The notes beneath the pieces were generated by a model. The model made no database searches and was not told where the DNA came from. It saw nothing but the letters and a program-made list of their open reading frames with translations. Positions 13,104 through 25,068 of a DNA stretch of 64,000 nucleotides are shown here, piece after piece (the stretch's first letter is position 1; each line of letters starts with the position of its first letter). The translations under genes were made by a program, and so were the position numbers. Source of the stretch: Lama glama (lineage: Eukaryota); the NCBI GenBank assembly GCA_028534125.1, contig CM052816.1, positions 100,628,001 to 100,692,000 on the forward strand, written 5' to 3'.

Positions 13104-14029
13104 TAAACTGGAGGTTGGTTTCCAGCATGTTTCATTTCTTCTGCCACATGCAGGTAAGGAATTATTAAAGGCAAAATGGAAAACATTTTAACATCAAACC
13201 AAAAATCCCATAGAAAACATACTTTGTGTAGAGCTCACAAAATCCATGGGCTACTTGAGAGAAATTCCTGAAAGCTAGCAGTGGGTTCACTATAATAATA
13301 TTCAGAGGCTAATGAGCTGGCCCCCTCGCTCTGGGTCAGAGCACAGCCCAGGAGAATACCACGTGTGTATCATCATTGTCATCATTTGTATGTTTTTGTC
13401 ATCACAGTGATTTCCAGCCTAGAGTCATGGCTGAATAAAACTGGCTAACTTTACAAACTTGAGCCAGTATTTAATCAAAGGATATGAGAAAATGTAAAAA
13501 AAATTACAATAATAGTAAGAATGGAAAATAGCCACTTTTCAGTATATATGCATATGTATATACATATGTATAAAATTTCATACCTGGTTTTAACTTTGAG
13601 CTCAAGAATATACAGAAAAGTTAAAAATAGGCATGGTAGCATTCTCATGTTGACCAGATATTCCATTTGCTTCTGATATTTGGTTTCCTGGGAGTTTATG
13701 TCCAAAACAATTGTTGCATCCACTGCCTCATAACATTCTAGCCCAATCTTGGAGTCCAGAGGCTCTGAAGAAGAAGTGAGGATGCAGAACATCTGGGCAC
13801 AGGCCAGACCTTCCTGCTCTGCCCCTCCTCGGGGCTGACCTGGTGCTGGGTGAGGTATGGATAGTAAGCATAGTAAGAAGGTGAGTGTCTGAGAGAGGCT
13901 CGTCCCACAGAGCATTCTGGAACATGTTCACTTTCTTATCAAAGCACCCAGAAGAGACCCTGCCACTCACAGAGGACACCTTGACACTTGGGCACCATGA
14001 CACAAAGGCATGTGTCTCGAGCATCACTG

Positions 14030-14145
14030 ATCCTGGTCTGAGCCACATCCATCAGCTCCTAGGGGATGAATTGTGTGACCCTGAAGACTGTTAGTTCTCA
14101 CAGCCTTAGTTTGTCTTTACTTGAGACACTCAAAAGACAATGACA
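14030..14145 (+). mobile_element. MIR SINE fragment
   Basis: tgtgtgaccctgaagactgttagttctcacagccttagtttgtctttac resembles the MIR core TGTGTGACCTTGGGCAAGTTACTTAACCTCTCTGTGCCTCAGTTTCCTCATC. Confidence 0.55.
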
Positions 14146-14903
14146 GTGGTGTTGGTGATGATGACAATGATGGTGATGATAATAATAAGGATGATGGTGG
14201 TGCTCATGGTGATGGTGATCATGGTGATGTGGTAATAAGGATGGTGGTGATGATGATAATGGTGGTGATGATGGTGGTGGTGATGATGATGACATTAATA
14301 GTGAGGATGGTGATGATTATGGTGATGGTGATGATAACCATGATTATGGTGCTGCTGTTGATGGTGATGGTGGTGATGGTGATGNNNNNNNNNNNNNNNN
14401 NNNNNNNNNNNNNNNNNNNNNNNNNNNNNNNNNNNNNNNNNNNNNNNNNNNNNNNNNNNNNNNNNNNNNNNNNNNNNNNNNNNNNNNNNNNNNNNNNNNN
14501 NNNNNNNNNNNNNNNNNNNNNNNNNNNNNNNNNNNNNNNNNNNNNNNNNNNNNNNNNNNNNNNNNNNNNNNNNNNNNNNNNNNNNNNNNNNNNNNNNNNN
14601 NNNNNNNNNNNNNNNNNNNNNNNNNNNNNNNNNNNNNNNNNNNNNNNNNNNNNNNNNNNNNNNNNNNNNNNNNNNNNNNNNNNNNNNNNNNNNNNNNNNN
14701 NNNNNNNNNNNNNNNNNNNNNNNNNNNNNNNNNNNNNNNNNNNNNNNNNNNNNNNNNNNNNNNNNNNNNNNNNNNNNNNNNNNNNNNNNNNNNNNNNNNN
14801 NNNNNNNNNNNNNNNNNNNNNNNNNNNNNNNNNNNNNNNNNNNNNNNNNNNNNNNNNNNNNNNNNNNNNNNNNNNNNNNNNNNNTGGTGGTGGTGATGGT
14901 GAT
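14146..14903 (+). repeat. (GAT/GGT)n compound trinucleotide microsatellite, interrupted by an assembly gap
   Basis: Runs of gatggtgatgatggtggtg at 14146-14384 that continue at 14885-14903 after the N block. Confidence 0.95.
14385..14884. other. Assembly gap (exactly 500 N)
   Basis: Counted directly. Confidence 1.
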
Positions 14904-14909
14904 ATAAAT

Positions 14910-15112
14910 AGCTTCAATTCATTGAATTCCTACTACATACTGGGCATTATAGGCATTCTCTGCATAGTTCTCACTCTCAGGTGGAAAAGTATAACTCTGT
15001 CTCACACAGATCTCAATACAGATCAGCAAGAAGAAGCAGCTAGCTTGTCCAAGGTCACCCGGCTCAGAAGGGGCAGAACTAGTTGAGAGGTCTTGCTTGC
15101 TGTCTCTGGAGC
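14910..15112 (-). mobile_element. MIR SINE
   Basis: cattgaattcctactacatactgggcatt...agcttgtccaaggtcacccggctcagaaggggcagaact is antisense MIR (acttgcccaaggtcacacagctagtaagtggcagagc). Confidence 0.7.
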
Positions 15113-16214
15113 CTTTAATCTTCCCAGTGTTTGATGCTGACTGCTAGAGAGACCAAACTGTGAGTTCTTTTTTTTCTCTCTTTATAGTGCTCATGAGGTG
15201 CCAGCTGGTCTAAGAGGCACAGGTTTTGCAACCTCAAGCTCCATGTTTGGTCTGTTACGCAGTGGGATTTCCCCACTTTTTCATGTAATTCTTCCACTCT
15301 GTAGTCTATTCTTTCCAGGTGCTATTTAAACATAGGTTACTTTCCAACTGCCTTGTCCCGCCTTAACTTTTTCTTTTATGTATCACCTTGCTACGCACAC
15401 CTGACTTCATCCTTATGGTTCTCACAGATGACTGGAGGCTGTTGAAGTCAAAGGGAGAGTAGGAGTTATGGGGGGAAGTATAAATATTGTAGGATATTAA
15501 CATAGTTTGAAATAGAGAAAATTGTTCTTGCCTCCCCTCACATTATTTTAAAGATAAGGAAGCATGGAGTTCTCTATTTAAAAGCAATGCCTTTTGTATT
15601 TTTAGAAAATAATTGGAAAAAAAGCAGAACATAAAGAAGCACTGATAAGGAGTTTAATGTTTATGTAAAGCTAATCCTTTTAATTAGAAACTTCTCTAAA
15701 GAAAATAAAAATTTAAAGCACTTTTAATGTTTTGATTACATTATGAGAATGCCAACAACCTACCATTTTTTTCTTGAATGTTACATGACCCCCTATCTCC
15801 ATGTTACAAATTCACCTCATTGGTATGTAGCAGAGAGAGGAAGATCATTATGTTGCTGGGGATGGGGTGGGTGCGGGGGGGATGCTTTTTTTGACTAAGA
15901 GAAATTGCTGTTTTAAAATAAAATATCAAGTTTAACAAAGACTGTCACATTGTAATATTATAGTAAATTATCTTAGTTATTATTTTTTACTTAGTCCAGG
16001 AAAATCTATATACTTCTCTAAACACCTAGGCATTTCACTGAGCTGACTTTGAATGGGGATCTTTAGATTTCTGATGTTAGATGAAAGTGGTAGTGAGGAG
16101 ACTAGTGTCTTGTAATATTAAAGCAGATTTTTGGAAGGGGAGTATTATAGATGAGACCTAAAATTATGTTAGAAGGACCTCAACTTTTGGCACGGAGAAG
16201 TAAATAATTACCTA

Positions 16215-16750
16215 ATAAATCTTGCAATGAGTAACAGCTATAAACTCTGAATAAAATATGGAAACAACATTCTGGACCTCTGGACACTGATTAATGTTTA
16301 GGATATAATCCAAAATTACTTGACATAAAAAGATGCAGAAAAACATGGCCCGATCTCACGGGAAAAGGCAAACAACAGATGCCAACCCCAGATGACTCAG
16401 ATGTTGCATTTATCAGACAAAGACTTTAAAATGACTATTATAATTATACTCAGTGAGATAAAAGAAAGTATGTTTGTAATGAATGAAAAGAAAAGGCATT
16501 TGTCAGCAAAACTGATACAAATATTTTTGAAAAATGGAACTTTTAGAACCAAAAACCTAAAATAAAAAGAAATCATGGGATAGGATTCATATCAAATGGA
16601 AATACAAACAAAAAATTCAACAACTTTGAAAATAGATCAAGAAAAGGCATCTCAAAAACTATGAGAAAAACAGATAATTGGAATCTTAGCAGAAGAGAGA
16701 GAAGAGAATGTGACAGAAAGTAAATATTTAGAAATTAACTTAAAATTAGA
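16215..16750 (+). mobile_element. Ancient L1 5' region/ORF1 remnant (L1M/L1ME-type)
   Basis: ggatataatccaaaattact...cagatgccaaccccagatgactcagatgttgcatttatcagacaaagactttaaaatgactattataattatactc...tttgaaaatagatcaa is typical of the old L1M ORF1 start; A-rich on +. Confidence 0.75.
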
Positions 16751-18639
16751 TTTCAGTGACTTGAATGTCTTATGAAGGATCTCAGACCCTGAAATGGAAG
16801 GACTTCAAAGAGTTTTGAAATCTTAGCAAAATTTAGAATAACAGGTAGCATAGACTCAGCAGGAGACACGGCAGAGGTATGGAGGCAGCTGGGACCTGCG
16901 GGTGTTTTCCACGGGAGAACGGGAGAGGCAGACACTAGTATACTGTGGTCGGAATGGAGGTGAGGAAGCCAACTGAGAGACTCTTCTGCAACTGAACGAC
17001 AGCACAGGATTCCATTACTGCCTTTGACGTTTCGGGCTTGGGCGGCTCGATCATGATGAAATAGTGTGTGTCCTGAGGCCTGGGCAAGGAAGATTATCTT
17101 GCTCCCCTACCTCATTTATCAATCACAGCTCTATATGATCATGTTTCATATTTCTACAACTTACCTGCATGCTCAAAAGATGATTTGCTGTCATCATGGA
17201 TGTTTCAGACACTAGTGTTTGTGTCCTTGGGTAAGACTCACACATTTCTCTGTGGATGGCTGTCACTCAAGGGCATTGGCTTCCATGGGCTCTGCCACAG
17301 CCCAGCCAGAGCATATACTGCCCTGGGACAGGAGAGGAGTGGACCGTGACAGATGACAGGACTTACCCAATTCACACGGTCATCTTTTCAGTCAAACATG
17401 GCGTTACGTGGTCAGTCTACCCAGGCCAGGAGGCAGACAGGATGGCTTCTTCACAAGCATCAGAAGAAAGGCAGTGAGGAACCCGGGGGCCAGTGGATGA
17501 ATGGTCCTCCCCTGGGCACAGGCCAGTATGAGGCTCTACCTTGCAGCAGAGTTGTGGGGGAGTTAGAGAGGGAGGTCAGGGCTATAGCCTCAGAGGCTGG
17601 GTCCCAAGCTCTGTCAGACAGCAAGAGAAAGAGAGAGAGAGAGGGAGACTGTGACTTGGCTGGAGCAAGCAGCTTCGGGTGCTCAGAGCAGACAGGATGG
17701 GAAGTTCAGTCCAGACCAGTGCAGGAAAGAGAGGCTTGGTTTTTGGGGGTGTAGGTCAAGGAGCAAAGGCTCTGAAAGGATGGACAGACAAGTGATCTGT
17801 GAGTGGACAGCCCTCCAGAGGGAAAGCCAGATGGATTTCCCGTTCTCTATGGCAGGCAGGATTTAAAACTCACTGATGTCTTGGGGAGGGACCTAGGGCA
17901 CTTCTCTGGGTCCCAGGCCATTCCAGGCCCAGACTGAGTTTTTTCCTTTGCTTTTGTTTGGTCTTGATCAGCGTTATGTCCCCTGTAGCAGTTAACATTT
18001 GGCCTCTGGGCACCCTGAGGCCATGACTCTGCCGGGACCCCAGAGTGATGCTGGCTTTCTGCAGGACAAGCCAGGTAAGACTCAGCCTCCTGATGGGGCC
18101 CTGGGCAGGGGTGGTCCCAACACCAGCCCCTCTGCAGTGTGTGTGTACCTGTTATCCTGTGTAATCACCGAGACCTCACAGTGTCTCACTTCCTGTTCTT
18201 CCTGTGGACCCTCTGTCTTCAGGGTGGTGATAAAGGGGGAGCTTGGTCTGTCTCTGAGTCTCCTTACCTAGAGGAGAAAGGCCAGCCCTTACTCTCGCCT
18301 GAAGACAGTGAATTTACGAATTTCAGGCCGGAGCCCACTAGGGTCAGGCGAGGCCTCTTGGAGTTCTCTACCTCCTCAAGCTTGGCGGCAGCCGCAGCAT
18401 TTCCCACTGAGCCCATTCCTTCATCCTGGACTCCAGGGGTCTGTGACGAGAACTGCCCTTGCTCAGCTACAAAAGGAAAATTTGGAAAAGCACTAAGAGT
18501 CCCAGCTTTTTTGTTACTGAGCATGACCCAGCAACCTTGCTAACTGATGCAGGTGGTGGTGGTCGGTCAATATCCTTATTCAAGGATTGTGTTCTCCCCA
18601 TAGAATTATGTCACTGTGGGCTCTGAAATGACAGGAGTT

Positions 18640-18815
18640 CTCATCACTGAGATGCTAGGAGCCCTGGAGGGCCCGTGAGGTGGCCTTACACTCAGTGCCT
18701 CACTGAATCCCCGGAATGGGTGGTACTATCATTGTTCTATTTTATGAAGGAAGAAAAGGGGGCGCAGGGAGGTGTGGAGCCTGCAGAGCCAGCAGGTCTG
18801 GTTTGAGCTGGGCTC
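18640..18815 (-). mobile_element. MIR SINE, diverged
   Basis: ctcactgaatccc...ggtactatcattgttctattttatgaaggaagaaa resembles antisense MIR ggtactattattatccccattttacagatgaggaaa. Confidence 0.6.
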
Positions 18816-19394
18816 CTGCCTCTCCCCACGACACACCTCCCCATGGAGAGTTTTTCACCGATGGCTTCCTCGTGGCCGTGTTTGAAGACAGCTCACTCCT
18901 GACACAGATCAGCACATTTCCCACAGCACATGGTGCCTGTGCCTAATCGAGGGTGTTTTTCCAAAACAAGGGTTCAAAGCCAGCACAGTCATCTGTGTGG
19001 AGGGCAACAGAGGTCCTGCCCCAGCCAGTCCCGTCAGCAGAAGAGGTGACAGAGCGATGCCCTCACCTGTCACGGCCACGGGGCCAGCACCACAGCTAGA
19101 CTCGGGAAAGAGATGTGAAGTGGTAGATCAGCCTGACTCGGCGAGCGTTTGTGGAAAGGCAGGACTTCAGTGTCTGCAGAGGAGGGAAGCCATCAGAGCA
19201 TGAGGGGCCTTCCCTGGGGGCTCACAGGGAGCCACCCCTAGAGGGACAGGACGCTGGACAGAGGGCAGGGGGTCGCCCTCCTGCTCCCCCGGAAATGCTT
19301 CCCAACCGCCAGAAAGGGTGAGCCAGGGCCTCTCACCAAACTGGTCCAAAGCCCCTTATTTAAAGGAAAAATAGCTTCCTTTTCAGGCTGTATT

Positions 19395-19625
19395 TATTTA
19401 CATAACCTATCTAGTTAACTATATTTATTTAAATGTATTTTTATATATGTATGTCTATACATATTACAGTGTGTGTAATGCAGATAAACAAAGACACATA
19501 TATGAATAAATATGTAATGCATTTCCGATGTAGGTAAAAATAAATGAATTACGTAAATAGATATATAATGTGTACATGTATGTGTGCACACGTGTGCGCA
19601 CAAGTGCATATCCCCATGCGCACGT
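19395..19625. repeat. AT-rich/(TA,TG)n low-complexity tract
   Basis: tatatatgtatgtctatacata...atgtgtacatgtatgtgtgcacacgtgtgcgcac read directly. Confidence 0.7.
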
Positions 19626-20859
19626 TTTCCCTGCACAGCTGCACATTCTACACAAGACCTTGGCTTGCAAACGCCTGAGGTTGTCCCAGGGACTGCAGCC
19701 ACTGTGGCCCGGGAGGGGTTCTTCCCGGCCTGGGAGTCGGCGTGCGCACGCAGTGCAGGCGGCCGTGCCCAAGCCGGGGCACTCCCTACCCCCCGGGAAG
19801 GCTGCACCAGTACGCATTTCCGGCCACAGGATAGGGCCTCGTTAGGGTTCCTCCAAACTGCTTGTCTGAGGAGCTCCCAGGAACCAGTGACGCACCGCCT
19901 GCCCAACCAGCCGTCAGAGAAGCGAAGGCTCTGGCTTGTCCCGGCCACACTGGTCACAGGGTTCTGGGTGTCCTTGCATGCGCCTTTTCCCCTGGAAGCC
20001 ACTCACGTCCGTGACTTTGGTGGAAACAGCCAGAAAATTAAATGCATTTAGTATTTTTCAATTCTCTTTCTATCTGCACATCGACCAGTGTGAACACATG
20101 CATGTTCAGGGCACCATACACATGGATATGGTCTGATTATTTTCTTTTGAACTGTAATTCTGTGTAACACGAACGTATTCCGTCCAACCTGGGAGAGCAC
20201 GTACTTTAAGAGAGCAGACACCACACAGCTGGGCGGTGTGAGCGCGGGTTGCGAAGCCGGTGGGATGGCAGCGCCGTGGACTGGCCTGGGAGCCCCAGGA
20301 TGGAGCCGGAGGATGGAGCCGGAGCTTGGAGCTGTCCGCGCCAGGCACGCCCTGCATCGCGGGGCGCCGGGACAGCGGCTCCCCGGCAGCCACACCCGCC
20401 GTGCCTTGGGCTCTGTCAGCAAGTCGAATTGTTCATGTTTGGATTTAATTTGTGCCTAAGATGCATTTTATTAGAAATATTTTCATCTTCCATGGTAGAT
20501 CAATCAAGTTGAAGTTAACTGGGAAAAAAATGCTTATGATCAGTTATTCCCAATTGTTATTTTGCATAATAAGGACTCAGTGAATTGAAAAGCTATACAA
20601 GAGTCAGTATTATTAATGAGGAAACGCTTGATAGTAAAATATGGCCGATCTGACTTGCAGCACATCTCACCTCACCGTGTCACCCACCAATACCCATCAG
20701 CGGCTCAAAGGAACACACCGTCCGTGGAATAACGCCTAAAAAAGCACCACTCTGCAAACAAAGGTGAAGCAGACAGAAGTAAAATCGTCCCATGAGTGCT
20801 CCAGCAAGTGAGAAGGCTGAGTTCAATGATGGAGAATTAGAAGCAAGTCTGTGTTTGGA

Positions 20860-21390
20860 GGAGAAATAGTACGCGCATGAAAATTGCCTTGTGTTGGGAA
20901 GAAATTTGTTCTTGCCCTGACGAGATTAACCGCGGTAATTGGCACCTTTTTTTTTTTAGAACATATTGTGCAGCCCCATGGCGGCGGTGGTAATAAATAA
21001 TGCGCACTTAGCCGCACCATTGGTCATTGGAAGTCCTATCACAGCCGCCTCCCCCATCCGGGGAAGATAAATGTGATTTAAATTAATAGCCAGTCCTAAA
21101 TAACTCCTCAGCTGGTAAACGGCGCATTTATCAGGCCCAGACAGGCAGTGTCCTTTGATTCATGGTCCCCCCCCTGCAACGTGAAGGGTGCGTACAAAAA
21201 TTGTTATTACTTTTTAATAAAGTGTAGCAGTCCGTCTTCAGTCATTTATCAGAGACGGTGGCATTCTGACAAACAGAAATATCTTCGCAGAGGATGAACG
21301 AGAGGGGTAAAGGACACATTTCTCAACAAAAATAATCACTGCCTAAATTATCTCATAAAAGTCACTTTTTAAGTGCCTTGAAATAAATGT
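20860..21390. promoter_or_regulatory. Candidate conserved non-coding enhancer
   Basis: Non-repeat, AT-rich island in GC-rich DNA. It has CATTTATC three times (one on -), TTATCT, CTTTGAT, several TAAT/ATTA cores and TGACA. Inference; conservation not tested. Confidence 0.55.
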
Positions 21391-21479
21391 GTGCGGAAGG
21401 ATACAGGCCTTGTGCATCGCGGGACTGAGAACTAAACAGTCTTTTCGCCTTCGCCTCTGCGGGGAGGAAACTTCTGGTT

Positions 21480-21665
21480 ACTGTCGCCAGCCCTCAGCCC
21501 TGTGTGGCTCGGAATCAGAGAGCCGTGGGCCCGGCCCGGGCCCGGCCGCCGGCGGGACGCGAAGCGGACACCCCGCGCGCACATCGCGCGCACAGAGGAC
21601 GCGACGGAGCCAGCCACGTGCAGAGACGGGCTGCACCCTCACGGCCGGACACCGTGGTCGCTGCT
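21480..21665. promoter_or_regulatory. CpG-dense segment
   Basis: gggcccggcccgggcccggccgccggcgggacgcgaagcggacaccccgcgcgcacatcgcgcgc; dense CpG by eye. Confidence 0.55.
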
Positions 21666-23324
21666 TCTGAGTCCCTTCCCTGACACATTTTTCAGAACAG
21701 CAGCCACGTTGTCGGATCTTGATTTATTTGGGGACCGATTCTCCGTGCTTTGCGAAACATGCCGGCAATTACCCGCGTAATGGGATTGGTCAGCGAAGAT
21801 CACACAGGCGCCCACAGCCTGCTCTCCACCGAAACCCTTTCTCTCTTAATTAAACACCGAGCAAAACCTCCCCGGTGTCAGCGGGTCATCCTTTCAAAGA
21901 TACAGGGCAGGTTCAGTGCTGCTCCGTCAGTGACTCCCTCTATGCGGCAGGGACCCGGCAGGACTGGAGGGGCCCGCCCGCCTTTGATCACACTTAACCG
22001 GGCAGGTGGCACTGCCGGCCGCAGGGACCTTTGTGGGCACACAGCGACCATAACCAAAGAGTTAGCGGCGTCGGAGAGGCTTGGGAGTGGAACGTGCTTT
22101 GCAATTTGTGGCGCTTGAGCCATGATTCAGTTTTCACACCTCGCCGAAGTGTGACTCCCCAGGGAACTGACATCTCAAAGAAGGGAGGCCGGAAACCAAG
22201 TTAAGCCTCAAGAGGCACCGACTCCAGGCCCCTTCTGCCCAGTGGTCTCCCTGCTCTTGCACCAGCTTGGTTGTGGAAGCAGGTTCCTACCTCTCCGCCT
22301 TGGTTCAGATTTTACATTTTAATTCGTTAGAAAGACCATATGCTCGTCCTGTGAACGGATACATGTTCAGAGCTCAGAGCAGCGTCCCGCCGCCCGTGGG
22401 TCCCGGGTGAGGGCGGCCTTTTATTCCTACTTCACCCTGACAGCACTCACATCCCTCTCATGGATGCGCTGGAGGGAAAGACGATGCACATGAAATAAGA
22501 GGACAAAAAACTGGAAAGGGGATGCGCGTCCCTCAGAGCCCTCGGGGTTAAGATAACTTTCCGAGGGCTGACACGGCCCCCCGTGGGACCACGCAGGCTT
22601 CCTAGTGGAGCGCGTTCTCACTTCACAGACGTTCATGTCACTGAAGACGAGAGCTTCGCTCTGGTTAAGAGGGTCCTCAGCCAATCGGATTCGTGGTCAT
22701 TTGACTCTCCGGGCAATTTTGAGGTCTGCAAGATTAAGCTCACAACAGGAGTTTAAATCGGGGGTTGACGCTGCAACTTGATGTTGCCAGTGTGAAAATA
22801 AGCATTTTTCGTAAAATGTCCAAAATTTTTTTTTTATTTTTGAATGGCTTGTTTTGCTTGCCTGCCTTTCCCATTCCATAGGTGGCATGACAACCCACAA
22901 CCAGAGCCTGAACTCTTTGTCTTTTTTAGATGTGGGATTCCCTGCAAAATCCACTGCTCATGCGGGTAATAAATAGTGAACGCTCCCTTCAGGTCCGGTC
23001 CGCGTTCCTCCTGGACTTTCTGAAACTTCACGACCTGCCGTTGGGTTGTGGGGTCAGGCACACCCAGGACAATGTGCTCTCCTAATTCCGTGGATGAAGA
23101 CGATAGATTCGTGGTTCTTCAATGAACTGGATTTTTAGGGGAAATAGTTCTCGTGGGTGGAGGAGTACCTCTTCTTGTTTCTGGTGCTGTCAGAGGTACA
23201 TTCCGTTTCTCTTTTTCAAATCCATTTCTCCCTGCTTGCCAAAGTACTTTTCAATCTGTGGATTAACGTTTTCATTTTTGCGCCCTGCCCTTCACTTCTG
23301 TGTCTCACACCAGAAGGGTCACTG

Positions 23325-23990
23325 ACCCCGCGGGCTGGCCTGTCACCTGTAAAGGAGCCGTGAGGGGCGCCCGGCCGTTTGCCAGGCGAAGCCGCCGCTT
23401 TCTCTCCCGGCACGGCGGCTCTGAGCCTCGGGCCGCGGCGCTGAGACGAGGACCAGACCCCTGAGGCCGGCCTGCCCACCGCCCTCCACGCCTGGGCTCA
23501 GCGCCCCTCCTGGTTCCCCCGGAGAGAGAGAGACTCCGGCTCCCGGGCCTCCGCGTGCGCCTCCCGCACAGGTAATAGTCAGTCCATTAACCTTTGCTTC
23601 CACCTGCCTGCCCGGCGCCGGGCCCTGCTCTTAATACCTTCCGCGTAATAGTTGCTTGGCCGCCGCCAAGGCCAGCAGCGCCCCCGCACCGCCATCACCG
23701 GCCCACCGCCCTGCCTGCTGTTCCCGCAGCCCACGGCCCCCCTTCTCTTCGCAGCTAATCTAAAAAGCGCTGTGGAGGCAGAGGTCGTGTTAAACTGTAA
23801 CGCAAATGTTATTCCCGATTATCTGGCTGGGGTAAATGTCAACTGCTTCGGGCTAAAGCAATTGGGGAGCGAGCGGGAGGCCGCGACCCGCGGGGGAAGC
23901 CGGGTGGACCCGCACCTGCGCCGCCGTCCTCCCTCCCCGGAAGACAGCGCCCCCCCCGAGGGAGGGGTCCCCCTGAAGGTCACGCACCTG
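23325..23990. promoter_or_regulatory. CpG-island-like region containing a candidate conserved enhancer core (23570-23870)
   Basis: High GC/CpG with embedded AT-rich motif blocks: ggtaatagtcagtccattaacc; gcagctaatctaaaaagc; gttaaactgtaacgcaaatgttattcccgattatctgg; gtaaatgtcaac. Confidence 0.55.
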
Positions 23991-24016
23991 CCTGAGCAGG
24001 GGGCCAGGCAGCATGG

Positions 24017-24212
24017 ACACATGCACACACACACAGGACGCCCCCACACACACCCTGCAACATAGCACACGTGTGCACACACATGCACCCCCGTACACAC
24101 ACACCCCCACACACCCTGCAACATAGGACACATGTGCACACACATGCACCCCGTACACACACACACCCCACATACACCCTGCGCGCGTGCGCGCACACAC
24201 ACCCACACACAA
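24017..24212 (+). repeat. CA-rich minisatellite, ~59-bp unit, about 2.5-3 copies
   Basis: Unit ~cacaccctgcaacatag(c/g)acac(g/a)tgtgcacacacatgcacccc(c)gtacacacacaccccca, repeated and ending in gcgcgcgtgcgcgcacacac. Confidence 0.9.
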
Positions 24213-24439
24213 ACCTGGATACTCACTTTTCCTACAGAGGTTAAATACAGCAGACTGAGTACAGCCTACAGCCTGAAAGGGAAACTGTTACACAAAGTAG
24301 ATTAAAGCCTCTATGTTTTATATGAAAATGCATATTCTATATTCCAAAACCAGTAAAGCATAAAGAGAATGGCCTTGGAAAATCTTTCAGCCCCACCAGC
24401 CAGCTCATGATGCTGGGTGGGCGGGAGGAGATGCCCCCA

Positions 24440-25060
24440 GTCTGGGGCACGGCGGGGCCTGCTGCTGAGCGGTGCCATGCCCCCGCGACCGCGGGCCGTC
24501 GCTGCAGCACCGCTGACCGCTCGCGTCTCGGCCCCGGGCCGCAAGGACAGGCTGCGACCTTCCGTGAGCAGAGCCAGCGGCTTGCCGTCAGGGGTCCCCA
24601 CACCCCGAAGCCCAGACCACCAGCGTTCCTGGCGGGCGGCTGCGGCGCCCCGAGAAGCCCGCGTGCTGGTGGGGACTCCTGGGCCCCAGGCGGACGTGGG
24701 ATTCCTGCTTGCTTCCGCTTTGTTCTCTTTCCTCTTTCCGGCCCGGTTCCCTGGGGGATGGAGGAGCCTCATTGCCGTCTAATTTTAGGTGCAGGGATCC
24801 AATTACTTGCGTATTCATAATTTAAACCCGGACAGCGGCAGATCACTTGCTGTCAAGATGACAGGCTGTAAACTGGAGCACAGGCTCCCTGCTCACCGAG
24901 GCGGCGGGAGAGGGCGCGGGCGGCCGGAGTCCCGCGGGCAGAGTCCCGCAGCCTGTCCTGTGTCCGGGGCGCGGTCGGAGCCCCGGCCCAGGCCCGCGCG
25001 GGCCGCCCTGGGCCGTGCGGAGGCCTCTCTTCAAAGCTCCAGCCTTGCCGGAGGCTCCGG
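24440..25060. promoter_or_regulatory. CpG-island-like region
   Basis: Dense CpG/GC (gggcgcgggcggccggagtcccgcggg; ccggccccaggcccgcgcgggccgcc) flanking an AT-rich block at 24770-24875. Confidence 0.55.
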
Positions 25061-25068
25061 ACTTCCCC

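Noticed and set aside
14121..15086. 321-aa ORF and similar ORFs at 14219-14917 and 40990-42022
   Set aside because: Artefacts of reading through N gaps and microsatellite.
21996..22015. CTCF-like motif cgggcaggtggcac (others near 1806-1821 and 8580-8596)
   Set aside because: Imperfect matches are frequent in GC-rich DNA; unsupported without PWM scoring or ChIP data.
24017..24212. Repeat array that might suggest CRISPR
   Set aside because: Head-to-tail CA-rich units without unique spacers, no cas genes, mammalian context.
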